IMG/VR virus record: IMGVR_UViG_3300025325_000017
Length of the DNA stretch: 20,000 nucleotides
Direction: 5' to 3' (one strand)
Origin: an uncultured virus (IMG/VR IMGVR_UViG_3300025325_000017)
Lineage: Duplodnaviria; Heunggongvirae; Uroviricota; Caudoviricetes
A program made the position numbers and the translations under genes. Below the pieces are notes generated by a model. It ran no database searches. It was given only the letters and a program-made list of their open reading frames with translations, and had not been told where the DNA came from. Below, in pieces: positions 1 through 9,189 of the stretch; positions within the stretch are counted from its first letter, which is position 1; every line of letters begins with the position of its first letter.

Positions 1-111
1 GATTCTAACGACCCAATAGAGCAAGCGTCGGTGAATACCAACTGGACGGCGCAACTGTCGGCGGCGGTGACTGACGTAAGAATTTTCGCGGCTGCTGTAA
101 AAAATATTTGA
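1..111 (+). CDS. 3' end of hypothetical (likely virion) protein, truncated by window
   Basis: Frame 1 open from base 1 (DSNDPIEQASVNTNWTAQLSAAVTDVRIFAAAVKNI) to TGA at 109-111, followed by the GAGGA RBS of the next gene. Confidence 0.6.
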   Translation, partial: DSNDPIEQASVNTNWTAQLSAAVTDVRIFAAAVKNI

Positions 112-121
112 GGAATAGCGA

Positions 122-370
122 ATGAAACTACAACTGATTGGAACGACCCTCCTGAAAAAGAAAGGAGTGCCTTTATATAGGATGGCAAAATATCTTTTCC
201 TGAACGCAGATCATGTGGAGCCGATGGAGTTCAGTCATCCACCGGAAATGACCGAAGAGGAGATTATTAAAGATATTCCGCAGATGCTAGCTAAGATCAT
301 AGAGCATCATGCGAATTTGATTGCCGATGGTTATAAATGGCACGTCTACGAACAGAAATGGCATAAGTAA
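122..370 (+). CDS. Hypothetical phage protein (82 aa)
   Basis: GAGGA RBS upstream; TAATG overlap with next ORF. Confidence 0.7.
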   Translation: MKLQLIGTTLLKKKGVPLYRMAKYLFLNADHVEPMEFSHPPEMTEEEIIKDIPQMLAKIIEHHANLIADGYKWHVYEQKWHK

Positions 371-1098
371 TGGCGGTCTCGCTCAGAGCAGTAGGCACCT
401 ATACCAGCGGCACGGCGAATCTCACGCCGGGCATTCCTGCGGGTGCCGTAACCGGCGATATGATGCTATGTTTCTACGGCACCAAGCCCTACAGCGATGC
501 GCCTACTATAAACCAAGCCTGGAACACCTATGGGAGTGCGACTGACGGCACGGTGGCGGCAGGCGTAGATGTCGGTTCGATGCAGGTAAGGGTTTTCTGG
601 AAGAAGCACACCGGTAGCGAGACAAACCCGACGATCACCAATGGTACTAATAACGTTTCCGGCTGCGTCATCATCGTGTTTCAAAATGCGACAGGATCGT
701 GGGAGATAGCCGGAGCGGGAGGTGGAGATAATACCGCCGGTACGGGATTTTCGGTGACTGCCGGGAGTAATCCCGGTATTACTGTCGGGGACATGCTCGT
801 GGCTTACGCCGCGCTCCGCTCCGACGCGGCTACTCAGTCTGCGATCGGTGTCACCGCGACCAGTGCGACCATAGCGGCTTTCACGGAATCACCTGCGGCT
901 GACCTGGTGACTACTGCCGGCGGCGACATGGCGATGTCGGGTGGGTACGCCGCCTGCACGGCGGGCACGGCCACCGCCGCGCCGGTGTATGCCTCGACGC
1001 TGGCTGCTGCGCACACGGGTTCGGCATACATAATGCGGCTGCGCGAGGCGGCGGCTACATTTATACGTGCCTCTACTTTACCGATGATGGGAGTCTAA
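370..1098 (+). CDS. Putative virion structural/decoration protein (A/G/T-rich, beta-rich, 242 aa)
   Basis: Composition and GDMML/GDMLV internal repeats typical of phage structural beta-proteins; TAATG coupling at both ends. Confidence 0.65.
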   Translation: MAVSLRAVGTYTSGTANLTPGIPAGAVTGDMMLCFYGTKPYSDAPTINQAWNTYGSATDGTVAAGVDVGSMQVRVFWKKHTGSETNPTITNGTNNVSGCVIIVFQNATGSWEIAGAGGGDNTAGTGFSVTAGSNPGITVGDMLVAYAALRSDAATQSAIGVTATSATIAAFTESPAADLVTTAGGDMAMSGGYAACTAGTATAAPVYASTLAAAHTGSAYIMRLREAAATFIRASTLPMMGV

Positions 1099-1370
1099 TG
1101 GCAACCGTAACAATTACATCCATTGTTGAAACAGACGATCACGTGGAGTTCGCATGCTCATTTTCAGTAACTACTCCCGTGCTTTCGTGGGCCGAAACAT
1201 TAGTGTTTGGGCGCGACCGCGTGAGAGGACTGACTCAGGCGCAGATGCGTGATGAAGTTTTGTTCCCCTTGTGTCAAGAAATAGTGTTGGGACGAATAGG
1301 CGTCAATAGGGCGCAAATTGCAGGGAATTCTATATTGAACGTGGCACAGACGATTCCTAATACGCCCTGA
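1098..1370 (+). CDS. Hypothetical phage protein (90 aa)
   Basis: GGAG RBS, TAATG overlap with upstream gene. Confidence 0.7.
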   Translation: MATVTITSIVETDDHVEFACSFSVTTPVLSWAETLVFGRDRVRGLTQAQMRDEVLFPLCQEIVLGRIGVNRAQIAGNSILNVAQTIPNTP

Positions 1371-1382
1371 GACAGTAAGTAA

Positions 1383-1958
1383 ATGTTTACCCCCATATTA
1401 GCCACTACCGGAGCGGCTGGGGAAACGGTTAATTTCAATGCCACGACAATCGCATTAACCGCCCCCTCATTCGGGATTGATGAGGCGTTTGTATTCAATC
1501 CGGCGACACTGACGCTTACTTCTCCGTCGTTCAGTATTGATGAGGCGATTGTTTTTCTTTCTTCCGAGATTCTTGTTTCCGGAGAGGTTTTCACCGTTGA
1601 GAGCGCGGAAGAAATCACGGAAACATTCAGCGGTGGATACATCCACGCCACTCTTGCGGAAAGAAACCTCCTTCGATCCAGAAATAAAAAAGAAGATGAT
1701 CTCGCGCTTCCAATCGAATTGAGGCAAGTAGCCGAACAAGCGGTAAAAGATTCGATTAGCGCGTCTTTTTTTGACGGATGTTTGACGGATGAGAGAGAGC
1801 ATCTTCTTCAGGCGATGGAAGCGTGGGAATCTTATGACGAAGCTTACAGGCGGGCGTATAAAGACGCCTATATAGCCGAAATCGTCAAAGATCGCTGGCT
1901 GGCGGAAATAAAAAGAGCCAGACGCAATCGGGCGGTAGCATTACTTTTATTACATTAA
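1383..1958 (+). CDS. Hypothetical phage protein with 20-aa tandem repeat (191 aa)
   Basis: ORF in operon; NATTIALTAPSFGIDEAFVF / NPATLTLTSPSFSIDEAIVF repeat. Confidence 0.65.
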   Translation: MFTPILATTGAAGETVNFNATTIALTAPSFGIDEAFVFNPATLTLTSPSFSIDEAIVFLSSEILVSGEVFTVESAEEITETFSGGYIHATLAERNLLRSRNKKEDDLALPIELRQVAEQAVKDSISASFFDGCLTDEREHLLQAMEAWESYDEAYRRAYKDAYIAEIVKDRWLAEIKRARRNRAVALLLLH

Positions 1959-1977
1959 AGCCAACAGGAGACCATTC

Positions 1978-2760
1978 ATGGCTGAAGTAGAAGCAGTTGT
2001 AGCTGATGCTGGAGTTCCCCCGGAAACACCTGAAATAAAAGAAGTCCCGGAAGAAAAAAAGGAGATTCCTCCTCCTAGAACTTATACTCAGGAGGAACTG
2101 GATCGCATCACCGCGAAGGTGAAAAAGAACGCCCGCTATCAAACTCGCAAGGAGATAGAGGCGTTCTATCAGGGTCGTGATTCAAGACCGGAGCCCAGAA
2201 TCGAAGCCGACGGAACTAAACCTCCGGAACGTGGAGATTATGGCACCTACGAAGATTTTCTGGATGCAAAAGCCGCCTTCATGGGCGGCAAGGCCGCACA
2301 AGAAGAGCGTGCAAGAATTGACGAACAGACAATGGAAGCGAAATTTATCGAAGAACAGCAGAAAATCTTCGATGGATTTCGGTCTAAGACGCAAGAAAAG
2401 TATCCGGACTTGGAAGAGCGGCTGGAGGAAATCTCCGATGTCGTCATGCCGGCGGGCATGGGACGAGCCATCGCCGAATCCGATGTCGGGCCGGATATTC
2501 TCGATTTCTTTGCAAGAAACCCCAAAGACTGCAAGCGCATCGCGGCGCTTTCACCGTCTTCCGCCGTGCGCGAGATCGGCAAGCTGGAAGCCAAATTAGA
2601 GGCTAAGCCGGAACCGAAAAGACAAGCACCATCCGCCCTGCCTTCTCCCATAAAACCAGGCTCTGGAAATGAGTCAGCTACGCCAAAAAAGTTGATTGAA
2701 ATCTCCAGCCAGGAAGAATTCGAGAAAAGAAGAAGGGCGCAAATCGCCGCAAGGCATTGA
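1978..2760 (+). CDS. Capsid scaffolding protein
   Basis: AGGAG RBS; acidic/Pro-rich N-terminus, charged helical core, 'SAVREIGKLEAKL' segment, basic C-terminus; immediately upstream of the coat gene. Confidence 0.8.
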   Translation: MAEVEAVVADAGVPPETPEIKEVPEEKKEIPPPRTYTQEELDRITAKVKKNARYQTRKEIEAFYQGRDSRPEPRIEADGTKPPERGDYGTYEDFLDAKAAFMGGKAAQEERARIDEQTMEAKFIEEQQKIFDGFRSKTQEKYPDLEERLEEISDVVMPAGMGRAIAESDVGPDILDFFARNPKDCKRIAALSPSSAVREIGKLEAKLEAKPEPKRQAPSALPSPIKPGSGNESATPKKLIEISSQEEFEKRRRAQIAARH

Positions 2761-2782
2761 TTAGCATTCCAAGGAGTAAATA

Positions 2783-4003
2783 ATGTCAAATATTTTCAAA
2801 GTTACCGATTTAGTAGCGAAAGAATCGCTCAGAATCGCCCATGAAAAACTTCAGATGATTGGCACCGTTGATCGCCAATACGATGAAGATTTCAAAATGA
2901 ACGGCCGGAGTTCGCCCCATGGGGCCACTCTCCGCGTCAAAGATCCCAACCAGTATACCCGCCGCACGGGCAACGCCATGGCGGTTCAGACTCAGGCGGA
3001 AAGCACTCAGACCATTACCGTCGCCACCCTGGATGGCGTGGACATGGGGTTTACCGCGTCTGAGTTGATTCAATCGGTTGATAACGACGGCGCGTTCGAC
3101 GATTTGTCCAAGAACTATATCCAACCGGCCATTTCGGGGCTTTGCTCCGGCATTGAATCGGATGCGATTGCGTACTGGACAAAAGCCACGGCGAATATCG
3201 CCGGGACTGCCGGCACCGCTCTCACCGATCTTGTCGTCCCCGGTGCTGCGCGCGCCAAGCTGAACCAGAATGCCGCCCCCAAAGACGGCAATCGGTACAT
3301 CATGGCCGATTCCGTGACGATGGGTGGGATGGTCAATGGCCTGAAGGGTCTCTTCCAAGATTCGGCTCAAATCAAGGAACAGTATCGTGAGGGCATGATG
3401 GGCCGTACCGCGATGGCGGATTGGTACGAAAATGACCGTATGTGGACTATGCCTAACAGTGCTGACGTGGCTGGTGAAATAAATGCCGGTACGTTAACTT
3501 CAGGCATTACTTCACTGACCGTTGATGGTTTTACCGCTGCGCCGGTGGAAGGAATGGTTTTTACCATTGAAGGAACGTATGACGTTCACCCTGAAACCAA
3601 AGCGGCGTTTTCTAACCTGAAACAATTCGTATGTTCCGCCGGATGCACCACGACTAACCTTGTGTTCACACCGGCTGTAATTTACGACACGACCAATCCC
3701 AAGCAGAACTGTTCCGGCGCTCCGACAGATAACGACGACATTACATTTGTGGGTGCTTTATCCACCAACTATGTCCAAAACCTGATGTACCACAAGGAGG
3801 CGTTTCAGTTCATCACGGCTCCGTTGCCGGTTCTGGACGATGCTCAAAAATGCGTCAGGGTTACTAAAGACAATCTTAGTCTTCGCGTCTGGATGGCGTC
3901 CGATATTCGCAATAATGAGTTGCTGATGCGGGTGGACATTCTATACGGTTTGGCGGCGCTGCGTCCTTCATGGGCTTGCCGCATGATCGGTGCTGCCGGC
4001 TAA
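2783..4003 (+). CDS. Major capsid protein, P22 gp5 (coat) family
   Basis: AAGGAG RBS; 406 aa; N-terminal 'VDRQYDEDF...GATLRVKDP', C-terminal 'QNLMYHKEAF...RVDILYG...LRP' motifs recognised as P22-coat-like. Confidence 0.9.
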   Translation: MSNIFKVTDLVAKESLRIAHEKLQMIGTVDRQYDEDFKMNGRSSPHGATLRVKDPNQYTRRTGNAMAVQTQAESTQTITVATLDGVDMGFTASELIQSVDNDGAFDDLSKNYIQPAISGLCSGIESDAIAYWTKATANIAGTAGTALTDLVVPGAARAKLNQNAAPKDGNRYIMADSVTMGGMVNGLKGLFQDSAQIKEQYREGMMGRTAMADWYENDRMWTMPNSADVAGEINAGTLTSGITSLTVDGFTAAPVEGMVFTIEGTYDVHPETKAAFSNLKQFVCSAGCTTTNLVFTPAVIYDTTNPKQNCSGAPTDNDDITFVGALSTNYVQNLMYHKEAFQFITAPLPVLDDAQKCVRVTKDNLSLRVWMASDIRNNELLMRVDILYGLAALRPSWACRMIGAAG

Positions 4004-4028
4004 CACAACTTATTATAGGAGCTAAAAC

Positions 4029-4523
4029 ATGACTACACCTACGGATATTGAACGTATTTCCTATGGCGGCCCCACGGGGTCTTTGCAACTCGGCGAACAT
4101 CGTCAAGTCATTCAGGGCGTCGGGGCGACCCGCACTCTGTTGGCAAAGGAATCCGGCGCTCTCTGCCTGCTCGATAGAGCGGCGGGCGTCGTTTATACCT
4201 TGCCAACCCCGGTTGAGGGGATGCGGTTCGAATTTCTGGCGACAGTCGTCAGAACCTCGAACTCCTATAAAGTCATCACGGCTGCGATTACCACGCAGTT
4301 CATGGTCGGAGCAGTAATGGCTGGCGATCCGGCTATTGCCACTTCGGGTGATGTCTTCACGGCTGATGGCACGACTATCGCCGCCATTACTTGTGACGGT
4401 GATACCAAAGGCGGGTTTATCGGCGAACATTATACCCTCACGGCCATTAGTGCTACTCAGTGGGCGATTGAGGGCATGGTGATCGGGACCGGCACGATGG
4501 TTACTCCGTTTACCGCCACTTGA
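4029..4523 (+). CDS. Putative capsid decoration/minor head protein
   Basis: AGGAG RBS; directly after the coat gene and before a terminator; 'YTLPTPVEGMRFEF' beta-rich motif. Confidence 0.55.
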   Translation: MTTPTDIERISYGGPTGSLQLGEHRQVIQGVGATRTLLAKESGALCLLDRAAGVVYTLPTPVEGMRFEFLATVVRTSNSYKVITAAITTQFMVGAVMAGDPAIATSGDVFTADGTTIAAITCDGDTKGGFIGEHYTLTAISATQWAIEGMVIGTGTMVTPFTAT

Positions 4524-4538
4524 TTGTTTAACTAACAA

Positions 4539-4570
4539 CCCCGCCTCGATAATGGGGCGGGGATTTTTTT
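4539..4570 (+). terminator. Rho-independent terminator
   Basis: CCCCGCCTC-loop-GGGGCGGGG stem followed by ATTTTTTT, after the coat/decoration genes. Confidence 0.8.
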
Positions 4571-4579
4571 GGGTGAAAA

Positions 4580-4924
4580 ATGGATACACTTTTTCAAACA
4601 CAATCTCCTGGCATATCTATTTCAGTAACGTCAACGGCGTCAACGGCCGTTGCGCTCCCAGTGACAGACATTTTGGATAGTCTTGTCCAAGGACAATCTC
4701 ATCTAAGGGTTGTCAATGAAGGGCCGAATATCGCCTTCATCGCGGTCGGCAAAACAACGGCTACCGCGACCCTGCCAACGGCCACAGCGGCAAAAACTTG
4801 TGACGCTGTTTTAGCTGGTGAAGATATGATTCTAACTCTTTCTCCGAATGCTCGTTATATTTCGGCTATTTGCCGGGCGGCGGGAATTGCGACATTATCA
4901 GTTTACGTCGGGAGGGGCCAATAA
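4580..4924 (+). CDS. Hypothetical virion protein (114 aa)
   Basis: In operon; 'LRVVNEGPNIAFIAVG' beta-sandwich-like motif. Confidence 0.7.
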   Translation: MDTLFQTQSPGISISVTSTASTAVALPVTDILDSLVQGQSHLRVVNEGPNIAFIAVGKTTATATLPTATAAKTCDAVLAGEDMILTLSPNARYISAICRAAGIATLSVYVGRGQ

Positions 4925-5382
4925 TGTTCAGGGGCGGCGGTTTTTCTCAAAATATCGGGGCGGCGACTTCAGCGACGGCGGTCATGGTCAATGGAGATAC
5001 CATCTTTACCATTGCCAATGGTCCCATCGAGATTATTGATCTTCTCTCAGAATGTATCACGGCCAACGGCGCAACGGCTTCAACCATGCAATATCAGTCA
5101 GTTCCCACGGTGGGAACTGCGACCACGTTTTCAGGCGCCTCGGCGGCCCTGACATCGGCAACGGCAGGAACCACGGTTCGCCTGGCTCCGACCGCTCTGA
5201 CGACGGCTCCGGTCGTCGTGGCGGCTGCGGCCGGCGGCGTTCAACTGGGGACCAACGTCGCCAATCGAATTACCGCTCAGCCCGGCACGATCAAACTTGT
5301 CATCGGTGTTGGGTCAACCACGGGAACATGGAAGCATTACTTGACCTATCTTCCGCTGGCTCCTAGTGTCACGGTTTCATAA
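4924..5382 (+). CDS. Hypothetical virion protein (152 aa)
   Basis: Start reassigned to ATG 4924 (TAATG overlap, GGAGG RBS); T/A/G-rich. Confidence 0.7.
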   Translation: MFRGGGFSQNIGAATSATAVMVNGDTIFTIANGPIEIIDLLSECITANGATASTMQYQSVPTVGTATTFSGASAALTSATAGTTVRLAPTALTTAPVVVAAAAGGVQLGTNVANRITAQPGTIKLVIGVGSTTGTWKHYLTYLPLAPSVTVS

Positions 5383-5391
5383 GGATCATAC

Positions 5392-5580
5392 ATGCCTATC
5401 AGAATGACACACCCGCGCCACGGCACTACCCATGCCGTCGGCGCAGAAGTGGACTGGAACAAAAAACATGGATGGGTTATTGATGAGGGGCCAAAAATAG
5501 TCTCCGAGGTTAAGGAGATTGAGGAGATTAAACCGATGAGACGCGGGCCCGGCCGTCCAAGGGCAGTCAAGGCGGAATAA
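5392..5580 (+). CDS. Small hypothetical protein with C-terminal RRGPGRPR (AT-hook-like) motif
   Basis: AAGGA RBS; basic C-terminal motif. Confidence 0.65.
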   Translation: MPIRMTHPRHGTTHAVGAEVDWNKKHGWVIDEGPKIVSEVKEIEEIKPMRRGPGRPRAVKAE

Positions 5581-5583
5581 ACG

Positions 5584-6300
5584 ATGGCGACTGCGCTAGC
5601 TATCATCACCAGGGCCATGCGGCTTGCGAGAGTTCTTCGTAAGGGAGAACCATTGGATTCCGATGAATCCACCGATGGATTGGTGGCCTTGAACACCATG
5701 TTGGATTCATGGCAACTAAGCCGGTTGTTTGTTTATCAGATAGTCCAAAATTCGCACACATGGCCCGCCTCGACATCTCTCCGCACTATTGGAATAGGCG
5801 GAAATTTCGCCGTACAGCGCCCCGTTAAAATAGACGGCGCTTTTGTCATGGATTCCAATTCTCAATGGTATCCGGTTGATGTTTTGACTGATCGCAATCA
5901 ATATGACGCCATCGTCACAAAGACAGTAACAAGCACCCTGCCGAATTACCTGTTCATGGATTCCGCCTATCCACTGGCCTCAATTTATCTCTATCCCGTT
6001 CCTTCCGTTGTGGTCACACTTAAACTCAATACCTGGCAGACACTTCAATCGTTCGCTGGATTAACCACTGAGCTTGCGCTGCCTCCGGGTTATCAGCGCG
6101 CCATCGAATTCAGCTTGGCGGAGGAATTCGGGCCGGAATTCGGAGTGGAAATTCCGGGGAAGGTGGAACAAATTGCCGTGCAAGCACGGGCAATCATACA
6201 AAACATGAATCGTCCCTCGATGATCGCGCAAGTAGATAGTGGGGCTGCATCGTTGGGTCAATCGGGCGGTAGGCGGAATATATATAGTGGTGGGCTATAA
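5584..6300 (+). CDS. Head-to-tail adaptor / packaged-DNA stabilisation protein (P22 gp4-like position)
   Basis: N-terminal 'TALAIITRAMRLARV...DGLVALNTMLDSW' and 'LPPGYQRAIEFSLA' motifs; synteny. Confidence 0.75.
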   Translation: MATALAIITRAMRLARVLRKGEPLDSDESTDGLVALNTMLDSWQLSRLFVYQIVQNSHTWPASTSLRTIGIGGNFAVQRPVKIDGAFVMDSNSQWYPVDVLTDRNQYDAIVTKTVTSTLPNYLFMDSAYPLASIYLYPVPSVVVTLKLNTWQTLQSFAGLTTELALPPGYQRAIEFSLAEEFGPEFGVEIPGKVEQIAVQARAIIQNMNRPSMIAQVDSGAASLGQSGGRRNIYSGGL

Positions 6301-7706
6301 TGCCCATTGTCCCGCTTTTTAGAGCCAATCAAGAAGGAAAATCCGTTGTCTCCACGGCTCAGCGACATCTTAATTTATATGCCGAGATAGACCCGGATGC
6401 GGAAAAATCCAGATTGATTTTTCATGGTACTCCTGGATTGATTTTGAGGGCCGGGAGTTCGTTGGGGAATACGCCGATTCGAGGTTGGATTGCCGCCGGT
6501 GATTTATATTACCTTGTTCATCAAGGTACGTTTTACGAAGTCAATAATGCCGGAGCGAAAACATCAAGAGGCACTGTTAGCACCACTACCGGACGAGTGG
6601 ACTTGGCTTATAACGGTTCGGTTATTTTATTGACTACCGGAACCAATGGATACACATATACCGTCGCTACCACGACGTTCGCGCAAATCGTGGCGGCGGG
6701 ATTCCCGCAAATCGCAAAAACCTGTGCTTGGCTGGATGGGCAATTTATCGCCGATGACGGAGAATCTGATGAATTTTTCATCTCGGCGGATGGAGCGACT
6801 TGGAATGCGCTGGCTTTTGCCACCGCTGAATCAAATCCGGACGGAATAGTCCGGATCATTTCCGACAATGGTGAAATTCCTCTCTTTGGAAAAAGCACGA
6901 CGGAATTTTGGGCGAATGTCGGCGCGTCTGATTTCCCATTTCAACCCATTAAGGGGGCAACGCAGGAATTCGGACTGGTCGCCAGATGGTCGCTTGCAAA
7001 ATTCAATTCCGGTCTAATTGCCTTGATGAAATCCAAGCAAGGACAAGCGCATGTCATGTTTTTTCAAGGATATGCTCCCAAGGTTGTTTCGACTCAGGAA
7101 TTGGATTTTATAATAAATAATTATTCCGATGTCGCCGCCGCTACTGGGTATTCTTACATGCTGAACGGTCATCCGATGTACCAGCTCAATTTCCCGACCT
7201 CCGAAAAATCCTGGCTCTATGATGCATCCACCGGAATGTGGAGTGCATTGGAATATGGGCTTTCGGGAGACAGGCACCGTGGGGAAATGTGTTTGGATTA
7301 TTTGAATAAATCCCTGATCGCGGATTATGCCACGGGCGATATATATGAACTTAGTCCAGGTACATATACGGATAATGGCGTCGCCATCGCGCGGGAGATC
7401 ATTGGGCGGCATATTTTTAAGAACGGCGATCCCATGATCATAAATGAATTGTTTGTTGACATGGAAACCGGCGTGGGATTGGCGGCTGGACAGGGCGTGA
7501 ACCCCCAAGCCATGCTTCAAATAAGCCGCGATAACGGCCATACGTGGGGGAATGAACTTTGGACCTCCATCGGTGCTATTGGGAAATATCTAACCAGGGT
7601 CGTATGGAGACGGCTGGGACTTGGAAGTGATTGGTTGTTCAAGATACGGATAACCGATCCGATCAAGGTGGTAATTACATACGCGGCGATGAAGGTATCC
7701 GGATGA
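6300..7706 (+). CDS. Tail hub / DNA stabilisation protein, P22 gp10-like
   Basis: 468 aa; 'TPGL', 'AESNPDGIV', 'SRDNGHTW...GKYLTRVVWRRLG' motifs; synteny. Confidence 0.85.
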   Translation: MPIVPLFRANQEGKSVVSTAQRHLNLYAEIDPDAEKSRLIFHGTPGLILRAGSSLGNTPIRGWIAAGDLYYLVHQGTFYEVNNAGAKTSRGTVSTTTGRVDLAYNGSVILLTTGTNGYTYTVATTTFAQIVAAGFPQIAKTCAWLDGQFIADDGESDEFFISADGATWNALAFATAESNPDGIVRIISDNGEIPLFGKSTTEFWANVGASDFPFQPIKGATQEFGLVARWSLAKFNSGLIALMKSKQGQAHVMFFQGYAPKVVSTQELDFIINNYSDVAAATGYSYMLNGHPMYQLNFPTSEKSWLYDASTGMWSALEYGLSGDRHRGEMCLDYLNKSLIADYATGDIYELSPGTYTDNGVAIAREIIGRHIFKNGDPMIINELFVDMETGVGLAAGQGVNPQAMLQISRDNGHTWGNELWTSIGAIGKYLTRVVWRRLGLGSDWLFKIRITDPIKVVITYAAMKVSG

Positions 7707-8077
7707 CCATCAATGCCCCCCCCCTTGCGAGTCAGATTTCGACGAGGAAAGAAACGGTGATATGGCCGAGGCCCTGGGGGAATTGGATGACACAGGTATT
7801 TTTGGCCCTGTTTGGGTGGACCAGGACTTATACCGGCGTCCTGACTTATGATTTTGGGTCAATAGCGGCACAATCCCAGGCGACCACCACGGCGACGATC
7901 ACTGGCGTAAGATCGGGAGACGCTTTGATCGTAAGACCGGCCACGGCGGTAAACGGGGTCATTCTGGATGGATCCGTGACGGCTGATGATGTCGTGACGA
8001 TTAGGGCGGTGAACTATAGTATCGGCGCGGTTGACCCTGGATCGCAAAATTATCGAATCATCGTTTTTCAACAATGA
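7703..8077 (+). CDS. Hypothetical tail protein (in gp26 position, 124 aa)
   Basis: ATGA overlap with the gp10-like gene (start reassigned to 7703). Confidence 0.6.
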   Translation: MTINAPPLASQISTRKETVIWPRPWGNWMTQVFLALFGWTRTYTGVLTYDFGSIAAQSQATTTATITGVRSGDALIVRPATAVNGVILDGSVTADDVVTIRAVNYSIGAVDPGSQNYRIIVFQQ

Positions 8078-8083
8078 GGGGCT

Positions 8084-8131
8084 ATGGTTGAATTCATGTT
8101 GCTCGCCGCCCCGCGTTCCGGCACGACTTGG
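8084..8131 (+). pseudogene. Orphaned 5' fragment of the sulfotransferase-like gene (MVEFMLLAAPRSGTTW)
   Basis: GAGG RBS; 16 codons paralogous to MIEFMVLSAPRCGSTW at 8679-8726; in frame with the HNH ORF. Confidence 0.75.
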
Positions 8132-8137
8132 TATAAT
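8129..8137 (+). promoter_or_regulatory. Possible extended -10 promoter (TGGTATAAT) for HNH gene
   Basis: TGnTATAAT exactly at the insertion junction, about 27 bp upstream of the HNH ATG; no good -35. Confidence 0.4.
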
Positions 8138-8164
8138 AATGGCTTACTTTCTAAGGAGTGCGCC

Positions 8165-8686
8165 ATGAAAGATTACCAATGCAGCGTTTATGGATGCGAA
8201 AAGAACTCATCAAGATTAAAAATGTGCGATATGCATTACCGCAGGCTTAAACGACACGGGAATCCCGATATTGTTTTACAAGCTAAGGGGCTTTCTCTAA
8301 AGCAACGTTTTTATAATTCAGTAATAGTAAAAGATGGGTGTTGGGATTGGTCTAAAAAAATTAATAGCAATGGCTATGCAGCACTTTTTTTCGATGGGAA
8401 ATGGATGACAGGAAACAGAGCTTCTTGGATATTACACATAAGTAGTATTTTGCCTGGGATGCATGTTTTACATAAATGCGACAATAGAAAATGCACTAAT
8501 CCTGATCATCTTTTTTTGGGATCAAATAGTGAGAATGTTGCCGATAAGGTAAGCAAGGGAAGGCAATATAGAAAATATGCCAGTATGTGCTCCATAAATG
8601 GATGTGAAAATTCATCTAGAAAACTAGGTCTTTGCGTTTCTCATTACAATAAGCAATATCACGAAAATGTTAAAAAACATGATTGA
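8165..8686 (+). CDS. HNH homing endonuclease (Cys-rich, HNH_3-like)
   Basis: AAGGAG RBS before ATG 8165; 'CWDW', 'HVLHKCDNRKCTNPDHLFLGSNSENVAD' HNH motif; CSVYGC...CDMHY and CSINGC...CVSHY Zn modules; visibly AT-rich versus flanks. Confidence 0.9.
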   Translation: MKDYQCSVYGCEKNSSRLKMCDMHYRRLKRHGNPDIVLQAKGLSLKQRFYNSVIVKDGCWDWSKKINSNGYAALFFDGKWMTGNRASWILHISSILPGMHVLHKCDNRKCTNPDHLFLGSNSENVADKVSKGRQYRKYASMCSINGCENSSRKLGLCVSHYNKQYHENVKKHD

Positions 8687-9188
8687 ATTTATGGTATTGA
8701 GTGCGCCGAGATGCGGCAGTACATGGTGTGCTAACTGGTTGACTACGGACACAACCCTGTGTCTACACGACCCGTTGTTCACCAGACACTATACGGAATT
8801 GGATGAAATCCAGACAGAAAAACACCTTGGAATTTCTTGCACCGGGTTGGCTTTATTTCCGGAATGGGTGAATAAACATCCGGCGCGAAAAATCGTGCTG
8901 CATCGTGATATAAACGAAATCAACGAATCTCTCTCTGATCTGGGGTTCCCCGAAGTGGACATTGATTTTATCTTGAAACTGGAATCCATCGAAGCCATTC
9001 ATCTACCATGGACTGATTTATTTGATCGTCCTGATTTCATCCACGAAACACTTTTACAATTGCCATTCGATGCTGAACGGCATGCCCTGTTGAAGGAAAT
9101 TGAAATGCAACCGAAATTCGACAAACTTACCGTGAATCACGATGTAACGCGGCGATTCTTGAATAAGATCGCAACAGGAGGATGCTGA
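8679..9188 (+). CDS. Sulfotransferase-like / P-loop-fold protein
   Basis: N-terminal 'SAPRCGSTW' resembling the 5'-PSB PAPS-binding loop (PRSGTT), then 'LHDP' and 'IVLHRD'. Confidence 0.65.
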   Translation: MIEFMVLSAPRCGSTWCANWLTTDTTLCLHDPLFTRHYTELDEIQTEKHLGISCTGLALFPEWVNKHPARKIVLHRDINEINESLSDLGFPEVDIDFILKLESIEAIHLPWTDLFDRPDFIHETLLQLPFDAERHALLKEIEMQPKFDKLTVNHDVTRRFLNKIATGGC

Positions 9189-9189
9189 T

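Noticed and set aside
8132..8726. Group I intron or intein hosting the HNH
   Set aside because: Almost no non-coding sequence for a ribozyme core, no intein terminal residues, and the target gene's N-terminus is duplicated rather than split
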